From assembly GCF_004010195.1 (NCBI RefSeq), contig NC_057733.1, forward strand, positions 52,066,228-52,130,227: a stretch of 64,000 nucleotides of DNA, read 5' to 3'. Shown here one piece after another: positions 23,640 through 34,379 of the stretch. The notes under the pieces are model-generated. The model did no database searches. It had not been told where the DNA came from and was given only the letters and a program-made list of their open reading frames with translations. Both the position numbers and the translations under genes were made by a program. Positions within the stretch are counted from its first letter, which is position 1, and every line of letters begins with the position of its first letter. Origin of the DNA: Chiloscyllium plagiosum. Its lineage: Eukaryota.

Positions 23640-23802
23640 GAGGAAAGGCGAGCTCAGTTTCCAAAGTACCAGCGTAACATCCCTCGGCAAGGCCAGACAC
23701 CTCTGGGGCCACCACCAGTTGGGCCAATGGGTGGCATGATACCACCACAGCAAGGAATACCACCTCAGCAACCAGCAATGAGACCTCCAATGCCACCTCC
23801 AG
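23640..23802 (+). CDS. ZNF207: ZNF207 exon 10
   Basis: EERRAQFPKYQRNIPRQGQ...AMRPPMPPP. Confidence 0.95.
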
Positions 23803-24189
23803 GTTAAAAAGCTTTCTGCTTTTTTGTAGGTTCTAGTAATTGTGGTTTAGTTATATTTGTTACAAATAAGGATAAAATTACTCAGTGGTTCTGGGGCCTT
23901 TGTTAATTTTGCACCCATATATATGACCTCCAATAGCTGGTCACTCTTTTGTGAACCTTTTTATTTATGATGGGTTCACTGTGTGCCATGAGTATATGCA
24001 CCTTGTACAAGGTGGTGATGTAATTTTTTAAATGGCATTGATTTGATGTCTAGTGTGAAAACCTAAAGAAGAGTACAGAGATCAATGAATGAGAGAATCT
24101 CCTGTGACTATTTCCCCTGCAAAACAGATATACAGCTTTGAATACTGTTGTGGGCAATTTCCTCTCAGATTTCTGGGGTGGCAGAACTG

Positions 24190-24620
24190 ATGAATGAGGA
24201 GAATTTGCATCGGTTAGAATATATTCACTTGGGTTCAGATGAATTGGTGGGGGGGTGGAGGAATCTCAGAAACCTATAGAATTCTAATAGGGCTAGACAG
24301 GGTGGATGCAAGAAGGATATTCGGGATGGCAAGGGAGTCCAGAGCTGGGGTGACAGTCCAAAGATACGAATAAACTGTTCAGGACTGAAATAAGAAATTT
24401 CTTCACCCAGGAAGTAGTGAGCCTGTAGAATCTGATACAGTGGAAAACATTTGAGGCCAAAGATTGCATGATTTGATAAAAGAGTTAACCATTTGGGTTA
24501 AAGGGATCAATGGATATGGGGGAAAGTGAGACTAGGCTGTTGAGTTGGATGATCACCCATGATCATACTGAATGGTGGAGTACGTTTAAAGGATAGAATT
24601 GACTATTGCTCTTTTTTTTT
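24190..24620 (+). mobile_element. Old CR1 3' fragment
   Basis: AAATTTCTTCACCCAG and the GATCACCCATGATCATACTGAATGGTGG tail. Confidence 0.75.
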
Positions 24621-25697
24621 TTGTTTCTGTGATTTGTTGGTAGAGCTATCCATTAAATCCCTTGCATGCTCATTCCACGTATCCCTAAATGTTTTCCCGG
24701 TCAAGCAAGTGTTTACCAAAATCTTTTGAATGTCAATATTGAATCACGTTCGGCTAGAATTTCCTCCCATTTGAGAGAGGATAGCAGCAACTTCAATGGA
24801 GGCTGGATGATTGTATTTGAGCCTGTGTTAGACAGATGTTTGATGTAAACATTTTTTAAGGATCAGTCAGTTGAGGCCATAATTAGATTACTTTTGATTA
24901 AATGGCAGATCAGGCTGTGGGGCGAAATTAGGCACAAGAATAGCTATTCAGCCCTCTGAGTCTGCTGCACCATTCTGTAGAATCATGGCTTATCCTCTTG
25001 ACTTAATGCCATGTTCCTACTTGCTCTCCCTATTCCTCAAAGCTTTAAAATCTAAGCATATGTCTGTATCTTGTGTGATAATAATCAGTAATTTGGCCTC
25101 CACAACCTTCTGTAGTAGAGAATTCCCCAACGGGAACAACCCTTTGCGTGAAGGCATTTTTCCTCATCTTGATCCTAAATGGCCTACTTAATATTATGAG
25201 ACTGTGTCCTCGGTGCTAGACTCCCCAGCCAGGGAAAAATCCTCCCTGCATCCAGTTTGTCAAGCCCTGTTAGAATTTTATACGTTTCAATCAGATCTCT
25301 CATCCTTCTAAACCAATCTCTCCTCATAGGACAGTCCTGCCACCCCCGGTTTCAGCCTCGTGAACGTCCGCTGCACTCCCTCTATGGCAAGTATTATCTT
25401 TATTGGGCGAGGAGACCAAATCTGCGCACGATATTCCAGGTGTGGTCTCATCAAGGCCTTGTGTAACTGCATTAAACAAGACTATTTCTGAACGCAAAAC
25501 CTCTTGAAATGAAGGTCATTGTACCATTTACCTTTCTAATTGCTTGATCTACATGGCTGTCTGTTTTGGTGTACAAGGAGACCCAGATCCTTTTGTGCAT
25601 CCACATTTCCCAGTGTGTCACCATTTAAATGACTTTCTGCCTTTCTGTTTTCACACTAAAGTTTATAACTTCATGTTTAGCCATGATTGTTTATCTA

Positions 25698-25763
25698 CTG
25701 ATTGTTGCTCACTCAACTAGTCTAAATCATCTGATTGTTGCTCACTCAACTAGTCTAAATCAT
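25698..25763. repeat. Perfect 33-bp tandem duplication
   Basis: CTGATTGTTGCTCACTCAACTAGTCTAAATCAT occurs twice. Confidence 0.95.
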
Positions 25764-28575
25764 CCTGGAGCCTCCTTTCTCTCTCCTCAACACTCAACCC
25801 ACCTAGTTTTGACATCAGCAAACTTGAGAATGTTGCTTTTTGTGCCCTCCTCTAGTTCATTTATATTGTGAATGGTTGGGACCCAAACGCTGATCCTTGT
25901 GATATTCTGTTAGTTACTGCCTGCCACCAGGAAAATGATCCACTTTTTCATGTCAGAATTCTCAATCCATACCAATATATTACACTTATACTGTATCAAA
26001 ACCTGCCTGAAAATCAAGATGCATCACGTCCATTTATTCTCCCTTATCTATTAATCTAATTACATCCTCAAAAGACCGCAATAGATTTGTTACGCTTGAT
26101 TTGCCTTTCCTAAACCCGTGCTGGCTTTGTCCAATCCTGTTAATACTTTCCAAGTGTTCTGTTGTTATGTATTTTATAATAAACTCCAGTATTTTCTCCA
26201 TGAATGATTTTTTGGTAACTGATCTGCAATTCTATTTGTAAAACTATTCCTCCGTTTTAAAATACAAATTACCATCTTCCACTTTGTAGAAGAGTCGCCA
26301 AAACCAAGCCTGTAGACTTTTAGAGGATGACCGCCACCAGTGGAAACTTGGGACATAGAAAATACAAACAGGAATAGGCCATTTGGTGCTTCAAATCTGC
26401 TCCCCTGCTGTATAGGATCATGGCTGTTCTGGCACTCCTCATATCCAATTTACTGCCCTATCCCCATAACCCTTAATTCCCTCTACTGATCAGAAATCGA
26501 TCTCCGCCTTAAATATACTCAAGGACTCTGGAGCCACAGAGCTGTGGAGGCAAAGACATTCTCATGAAACATTCACTAAGTATTTGCTTTGTCTTACCCC
26601 TTAAGAATTGTGTTTCAACGCGATCACCCCTCATCCTTAGCGAATTTAATCTCAACCTATTTAGCCTTTGCTCATATGACAATCCCTCCATCCCAGGGAT
26701 CATCTGAGTGAACTTTCTCTGAACTTCCTCCAATGAAATGATGTTATTCCTTTAAATCGGGGGACCAAAACAGCACTTAATACTCCAGATTTGTTCTCAT
26801 CAGTACCTTGCACAGTTGCAGTAAGATTTCTTTACTCTTATGCTCCAACCCCCTTGAAATAAGGGCCAAAATTCCGTTAAACTTTGAATACCTGCTGCAC
26901 CTGTGTGCTAGCTTTGTACTTCATGTGGAGGTATCTTTGTCCTTTTGTGTTGCAACTTTCTGCAGTTTTTCTCCATTGGCGTAATATTTTGCTCTCTAGT
27001 TCTCCCTTCCAAGTTAACAACATATTTTCCTAAGTTATACTCCGTTTGCCAACTGTTTGCCCTCTTAACCTATCATTATTTCTTTGTATGGTGTAAATAT
27101 TCCTCTGTCAAACTGCCTTTTCACTGATGTTATCTGCGAATTTGGCTACAGTATTTTCACTTCCTTCCTCCAAGTCATCAACATATATTGTAAATAGTTG
27201 TGGTTCAAGCATTGTCCCTATGGAACGCTACTGATTATGGTTGCCAATCTGAAAAATAACCCCTTGTTCGACTGGCAGTTTCCTGACCATTAGTCAATTC
27301 TCTGTTCGTGCCAATATCCTACCCTCGACACCATGGGAAGGCATTTGATAAGGCACTTTTAGAAAGTGCCTCATCAAATGCCTTCTGGAAGTCCAAATAC
27401 AACACATCCACTGATTTTCCCCTCTCCCTGCTTTGGTTGAGACTTTCTCAAAATTCTTAAATTAGTTGTGCACCATTTCCCTTTCAGAAAGTCATGTTGA
27501 CTGTACTTGATTTAGATTATGAATTTCCAAATGTTCAGCTATTACGTCCTCACTAATTGATTCAGTCACTTTTCCAACAATACATTTTAGGCTAATTAGC
27601 CTAGAGCTATCCATTTTTTAGCCTCCTTGCCTTTTTGAATAGGGGTGTCATATTAAAAGTTTTTCAATCCCCTGGTACTTTGACAGAATCCAATGATTTT
27701 TGGAGAGTTACAACCAGTGCATCCACTTTCTCCATTGCTGCCTCTTTTAGGATCCTAGAATGAAAACCATCAAAGCCAGGGTGCTTACCTGCATTTAGCA
27801 CCATTAGCTTGTCTAATACTAGTTTGTGGCTACCTTCCTCCACAGTATTCTTTGTATTAACAGAATGTTTGAAGTATCTTCTGCCATAAAGGCAAATGCG
27901 AAATGTCTGTTTAACTCCCCTCTGCTATTTCCTTGTTCCTCTTTGCCACCACAACCGATTCATTTTCTAAGAGGCCTGTATTCACTTTGACCTCGCTGTT
28001 GCTTTTTATATTATTAAAAGAAACTTTTTTTTAATTATCGCTAGCTTCCTCTCAGTTTAATTTGTCTTTTTTTGGTAGTCCTTTGTTGGTTTCTGAATTT
28101 GCCTCAGTCTTTGGGGCTACCTCTGACTTTTTACTTCCTTTTATATGCCTTTCAACTTTAAACTCTCCTTCACTTCCTTGGTTAGCCTAGGCTGGTTTAT
28201 CCCTCTGTTGGAATCTTTCCTCCTTACTGGAGTGTATTTTGCTGAGAGTTATGAATTACCTCTTTCAATGTCTTGCACTGCTTGCTTACTGTTATTCCTG
28301 CTAGTCTATTCCTCCCAGTTCACTTTACTAACTCTTTCTTCAATTCATTGTAATTCCTTTATTTAAGTGAAGTGCACTTGTTTCCATATCCAGTTTCTCA
28401 TACTGTATCTGAAAAATAAATTCTGTACTACAGTATTATAATTACTAATTCTAAGTGGGTTTTTTAACTCTGGTCATTTAATAACCTGCTTCATTATCCA
28501 TTACCAGATCCAAGAAAGCCTGCTCCCTTAGTTGGCTCCATGTCCCATTGTTCTAGTTGTGTGTATCTGGCGGTG

Positions 28576-28770
28576 GTGAGGACTGCAGATACTGGAAAGT
28601 CAGAGTCGATAAAATGCAGAGCAGAAAAAAGCAGCATCAGAAGAGCAGAAAAGTTTGTTTCAGGTTGGGACCCTTCATCAGAATTGATTGAGTCCCATCC
28701 TGAAATGTTGACCCTCCTGCCCCTCTGCTGCTTGACTTGCTCTTATCAGCTCTGCATTTTATCACCTCTA
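28576..28770. mobile_element. Older Penelope-derived fold-back element
   Basis: GTGAGGACTGCAGATACTGG terminus; GATAAAATGCAGAGC / GCTCTGCATTTTATC arms; minus-strand CTGATGA-A-GGGT-CCCA-ACCT-GAAAC. Confidence 0.7.
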
Positions 28771-29259
28771 GTTATATCTATCGCCTTGTGAACTTAATGC
28801 TTTCAATGGCAGAGCATCCCACAGACTTCCCACATTCTGGGAAATTGCTTGGCGTCTTGGTCCTGTAAGAACTACCTTGCATCCTAAGACTGTAACCCAT
28901 TGTTCTAGATTCCCTTCCTGCATTTACCCTGTCTAGTGGTCTTAGAATTTTTGTTTTCGACATCTCTTCTCCCCTTCCACACCACCAAAGTGTTTCTAAA
29001 TTCCAGTAGATGTAGTTCTAACTGATCCAGTCTCTCTCAGTAGGCCGATGCTACCATTCAGCACAGCAAGCTGGTAAACTTCTGTTGCACTTCTTCCGTA
29101 GCAAGAACAACCGCCACCCTGGCATTCTCAAAGTGGATTTGTCAAGCATGATTTCCCTTTCATACATCTAGGATGATTCAGCCCGATCCCCTCATTGGTT
29201 TCCAAGTGCTCTGCTGTTAAATCTTTTATAGTTGACACTAGCGCTTTCCCTTACTACCA

Positions 29260-30508
29260 TAGAGTCCTAGAGATGTACAGCATGGAAACAGACCCTACGG
29301 TCCAACCTGTCCATGCCGACCAGCTATCCCAACCCAATCTAGTCCCACCTGCCAGCATCCGGTCCATATCCCTCCAAATCCTTCCTATTCATATACCCAT
29401 CCAAATGCCTCTTAAATGTTGCAATTGTACCAGCCTCCACGATATCCTCTGGCAGCTCATTCCATACACGTACCAACCTCTGCGTGAAACTGTTGCCCTT
29501 TCGGTCTCTTTTATATCTTTCCCCTCTCACCCTAAACCTATGCCCTCTACTTCTGGACTTCCCGACCCCAGGGAAAAAACTTTCTCTATTTATCCTATCC
29601 ATGCCCCTCATAATTTTGTAAACCTCTATCCCCTCAGCCTCCGACGCTCCAGGGAAAATAGCCCCAGCCTGTTCAGCCTCTCCCTGTAGCTCAAATCTTC
29701 CAACCCTGGCAACATCCTTGTAAATCCTTTCTGAACCCTTTCAAGTTTCACAACATCTTTCTGATAGGAAGGAGACCAGAATTGCATGCAATATTCCAAC
29801 AGTGGCCTAAACAATGTCCTGCACAGCCGCAACGCGTCCTCCCAACGCCTGTACTCAATACTCTGACCAATAAAGCATACCAAACGCCGCCTTCACTATC
29901 CTATCTACCTGTGACTCCACTTTCAAGGATCTATGAACTTGCACTCCAAGATCTCTTTGTTCAGCAGTACTCCCGAGGACCTTACCATTAAGTGTATAGG
30001 TCCTGCTAAGATTTGCATATGTCTGAATTAAACTCCATTTGCCACTTCTCAGCCCATTGGCCCATCTGGTCCAGATCCTGTTGTAATCTGAGGTAACCCT
30101 CTTCGCTGTCCACTACACCTCCAATTTTGGTGTCATCTACAAACTTATTAACTGTACCTCTTGTGCTCGTATCCAAATCATTTATGTAAATGACAAAAAG
30201 TGGAGGACCCAGCACCGATCCTTGTGGCACTCCACTGGTCACACGCCTCCAGTCTGAAAAACAACCCTCCACCACCACCCTCTGTCTTCTACCTTTGAGC
30301 CAGTTCTGTATCCAAATGGCTAGTTCTCCCTGTAGTCCGTGAGATCTAACCTTGCTAATCAGTCTCCCATGGGGAACCTTGTCGAACGCCTTACTGAAGC
30401 CCATATAGATCACATCTCTGCTCTGCCCTCATCAATCTTCTTTGTTACTTCAAAAAACTCAATCTTTAAGTTTGTGAGACATGATTTCCCACGCACAAAG
30501 CCATGTTG
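29260..30508 (-). mobile_element. Young CR1 nested in an older CR1, in ZNF207 intron 10
   Basis: ORFs [13 protein letters not shown]...[10 protein letters not shown]...KFVDDTKIGG; candidate TSD ACTACCA at 29253-29259 and 30509-30515. Confidence 0.95.
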
Positions 30509-30514
30509 ACTACC

Positions 30515-31450
30515 AGTGCTTCTATTATTTCTATGGTAATTTCCTCTGGGAATTAGATTTTCAGGGCATATGATTTCAGTTTTTTACCTCATTAACGTCC
30601 CTAGCGCATTTTTGTGCTAAAACTGATTTCCTTTAATCCCTCCCTCTCACTGCATCCTTAGTTCCTTAAGTGTTCCATTTTTCTGCAATTTTTTTGTTTC
30701 TCATAATTTCTCTTGTTTCTGATTGTAACATTTGACTTTTAATTATTTATTTTTCACATTTATGAAAGCTTATGTAGTCCTTTTTATGCTTCCTTCAATC
30801 ATACATTCCTCTTACGTTCCCTTCTTGATCAAGCTTTTGTTGTCTTTTGTTGAATTCTAAAATGCTTCCAATCCTCAAGCATGCTGCTGCTTTTCTTGCA
30901 ATTTTGTATGCCTGCTGTATTGGATCTAATACCATCCCTAATTTATTTTTAAGTTTTCAGCCACCTTTTTCCTTTTTTTGTCAGACCGGAATGAATAACA
31001 GTTGTAATTCAGGCATGTTATTTACTTATTGACCATTGCCTATCCACTGCCAGTCCTTTTCATTAGGTTCCCTAATCCCTTCCTGCCAACTTGCACTTCA
31101 TACCTTTCCTTTATTTAGATTCAGTTATTTGGATTTGCCTACATCTATCTCCGTCTTAATTAGGAATTCTATCATATGTAGTCACTGTTCCTTAAGGGAC
31201 TAAAATGAGTTAATCCTTTCTTGTTTGCTCAGTACCACACTCTAGATAGGTTTGGTTCCTTAATGTATTGGTCTAAAGAATTATGTTCTCACTGCAGAGA
31301 ATTGTCATCCATAAAATCACTGCTAGTTTGGTTTGTTCAGTCAAGAGAGATTGAAGTCACCCATGATTACCGTTTTATCCTTATTGTGTGCTGCCTTCCC
31401 TTAAGTTTTCACTACTTTTGGAGGGCCAATAGACAGACCCAGACAATGCT
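30515..31450 (-). mobile_element. Old CR1 remnant
   Basis: T-rich degenerate continuation of the LINE interrupted at 29255. Confidence 0.55.
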
Positions 31451-31627
31451 TTCTCCTTTGTCTGTCTGAACTAATAAAATACTCTGGATTATCTATAGTG
31501 AGAATATGAAACTGCAGTGCATTAGCATTGCCAATTGGCTAAAAGGTGTAGAGTTCAAGCAGAATTTGAAAAAGTCAAGTTTAGAAGCTTGACAGATGTT
31601 TATATTAATATTCTTTTCTGTTCTCAG

Positions 31628-31797
31628 GTCAGTATGGTGGTCCGCCACAGGGCATGCCAGGCTACCTCCCAGGTGGCATGCCTCCATACGGACAGGGACC
31701 TCCAATGGTGCCCCCTTACCAAGGCGGACCCCCTCGGCCACCAATGGGAATGTCAGGAATGAGGCCCCCTGTAATGTCACAAGGGGGTCGCTACTGA
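31628..31797 (+). CDS. ZNF207: ZNF207 exon 11 (last coding exon)
   Basis: GQYGGPPQGMPGYLPGGMPPYGQGPPMVPPYQGGPPRPPMGMSGMRPPVMSQGGRY*. Summed CDS is 1458 nt = 485 aa + stop, with all phases consistent. Confidence 0.97.
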
Positions 31798-32198
31798 AGC
31801 TGGTGTACCTACGTTAATAGGTTTGGAGATTCAACCTTTTCTCAACTTGCTGTTAACTAGACAAGCTTCAGTGAATATAAGTGACTTTAACTTTTTTTTA
31901 AGAAAAACCTGGTAAACCTCTTCTGTCTGCTAATGATGACCACAAAAACGTGCAAAACCCTGGGACGTGCTGTTGTTTGATCACAGTAGCGGGGAAACAA
32001 AAGAATATTCTTGAAAGCAAAATCTTGATGAGTGCCCTCCCCAATTCCCCTTCCCTCTAAACCTCTTCTTCCCCTCCCTCTTCCCCCCCTCTTCTCCCTT
32101 CTCCCCCCACCCTTCCCACCTGAGTCCCCATGTAATTGCAATTCATGTTGTATAGCTTCTTCTCTCATGTTTCATCTAGGTTTTTAGAAGTGAAGTAT

Positions 32199-32655
32199 AA
32201 TAAATATGGTCCATTTATATAATAAAAAAATTGAAGGCGCTGGAGTTACATGAACATACAGTACCACCTTTAAAGGCAAGTTCTGTAAATTAAAATTTGC
32301 TTTTGTATTAAAAACAAAAGTGAGGCCTTCGCAGCACTCTAAGTGCTGTTGGACTTTACTGTCCCCAACATTGTTTGGTGAGGGCTTCTGGTGTAATTGC
32401 TTGTTGCAGCACCAAATTTGTGTTCAGTTGAGTTTTGATTATGTAACTGTTCGACGTACCTCGTATCCAGGGTTCAAAGAGACCATTTAGAACCTGAATA
32501 GGTCGTACCTGATTTCTTAATTTCTGTACTGTTGTAAAGCTCATTGTAATAAAACTTGATGGAAACATTAATGTTGCTTTATTCATGACCAGCTATGGAT
32601 CACTGCTTCAAGGTTTGTACCACTGCATGATACTGCAATTTAGTGCAAAAATAAA
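32199..32655 (+). terminator. Candidate ZNF207 polyadenylation signals
   Basis: AATAAA at 32199, 32221, 32548 and 32650. Confidence 0.55.
32322..32388 (+). ncRNA. Four-way-junction RNA structure, copy 1 (ZNF207 3' UTR)
   Basis: Closing stem GAGGCCTTCG/TGAGGGCTTC; hairpins CAGCAC/GTGCTG, GGAC/GTCC and CCAA/TTGG; only TT is unpaired at the junction. Confidence 0.75.
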
Positions 32656-33002
32656 AGTAAGAGCATTGGAGGGGGAATTTATTGTTTATGCTTTTGAATG
32701 AACCAATATTTAAATCTGTTTATCTCTCTGCATGCTTTAATTTAGCCCAGTACGCATTAAATCGTTCATACTTGTGGCAAACTAGGTCAATAAGCAACTG
32801 AAAAACAATATATATAAAAACCTTTCTGAAAAGATTGTGGAGTGAATGCATGGTTTATGGATGTAGAATTGACCACCCTAACGTTTTTCTAAAATTGGAA
32901 TTTATTTCTTCCTTCCTGTAGCCCTGCCATGGGACAGGCTGAGGCTGAATCTTATTGTCCTCTCAGTCTGAGGCAAGTCAGATTTCATTTTATTCCTTTC
33001 CA

Positions 33003-33075
33003 GGGGCTTTCACAGCTTTTTATGGCTGTTGGATTTCTCTGTCCCCAAACTTGTAGCAAGTTTGGTGAAGGCCCT
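33003..33075 (+). ncRNA. Four-way-junction RNA structure, copy 2
   Basis: Closing stem GGGGCTTTCA/TGAAGGCCCT; hairpins CAGCT/GGCTG, GGAT/GTCC and CCAAACTTG/CAAGTTTGG; same TT linker. Confidence 0.75.
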
Positions 33076-34379
33076 TTTTTAAAAATCTATTTTTAGTAAC
33101 GTATCATGTTGTATTGTGGTTGTATTTGACTTTAAAGCAAAGTGCTATTTGCTGGATATGGGAGCCTAATGCTTGGAGAAATTACAATTTATTGTTCCCA
33201 TATATCTAAATTATAATTTCTTTCCCATTTTAAACAGTTTTCCAGAATGCACAGACTGAGAAGCTGGTGGGGTCAATGGCATATCAAGAGAGATTACACT
33301 TTCAAATTTGTCCAGTTTTTAAAAATATTTTCATTTCCTTGTATCTGGCAAGTGGGACGTTGCTTGGGCTGCACTGATCATTGAACTCTGAGGTCAGAGT
33401 GATGTTACATGTCATAACTTGAACTCTGTCTCTAAGTATTTATACATAGTATAACAACAGAGAACTTGTTACATAAATCGAATATCTAGCGCAGCCAATA
33501 TAGTAGAACTGAAATTGAAACTCCTCTTGTTATTAGCTGCAATTTTATTGCCAAAGTGTTTCAAAAATAGCCTATAGGTGATCCTATGAGCTTCTGTTCT
33601 GATCACCGATGTTTCTTGTGCTCAGTAGATTTTGGGCAATTATCATTATTGCTGCTCCTCTGTACGTTGAATTTCACAGCTGATCATAAAGCCCTAAGGA
33701 TAGGCAGCATAATGGGCACCTTACCCATCGACCCCAGATCGTGGGAAATGGGTCAGCATGAGCTTTTTTAAAAACATTGTGATGCATCTCTATGTGGCAT
33801 CATGCGCATGCTCAGATGATCACTTGTGGTCCTGAGTTTTTGGAGTATTTTAACAATTAGCATTTCCTCCTAGAGCAAGCTAATTAAAATTATGACCAAG
33901 CTGGTTAAAAATCTATGGTGAAAGAAAGACATCACGTGTAGAGATGAGGGCACCTCTTCCATCCCACCCCGAAAGTTAATCCAGAGACAGTTCAATTGTT
34001 TAAAACCGAGATATTTGGACACTGAAGGAATTGCAGAATAAAGGTAGGAGTTTGCATTTGGAACTAGCATTGTCTGACAAAAATCACATGACTGACTAAT
34101 GACCCCTCCCTTTCAGTGTACACTTGATCAAACTGACTGTGATTTCTTTGCTGTGGCATTTGACATGCTGCTTCTCATCAGTATCCAGAAGAATCTTCAT
34201 TCCACTTTTTCAAGTGCACTTGCAAACAAATTGCACCAGTCAACTTTTAGATGAGCATATCGAGACTCTTGGCTCAGTCTTGTAGTACAGAAGGGGTATG
34301 TTTGACCTGCAATTCCCACGCTAGCTCTTAGAGAGCTGACTAGTTTCATTCTCAACTATTTTCTCTTTCTAAACAAAAA

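Larger units (their letters stand above)
24930..29255 (-). mobile_element. Cluster of nested, old minus-strand CR1 fragments (breaks near 26350, 28540 and 28780)
   Basis: Degenerate ORF2 remnants such as MEEVQRKFTQMIPGMEGLSYEQRLNRL; CR1 tails at ~24930 and ~26355. Confidence 0.8.

Noticed and set aside
32322-32388. Cloverleaf as a tRNA gene or mascRNA-like element
   Set aside because: No TTCRA T-loop, no D-loop GG, no A/B boxes, no 7-nt anticodon loop, and no upstream U-rich triple-helix motif.
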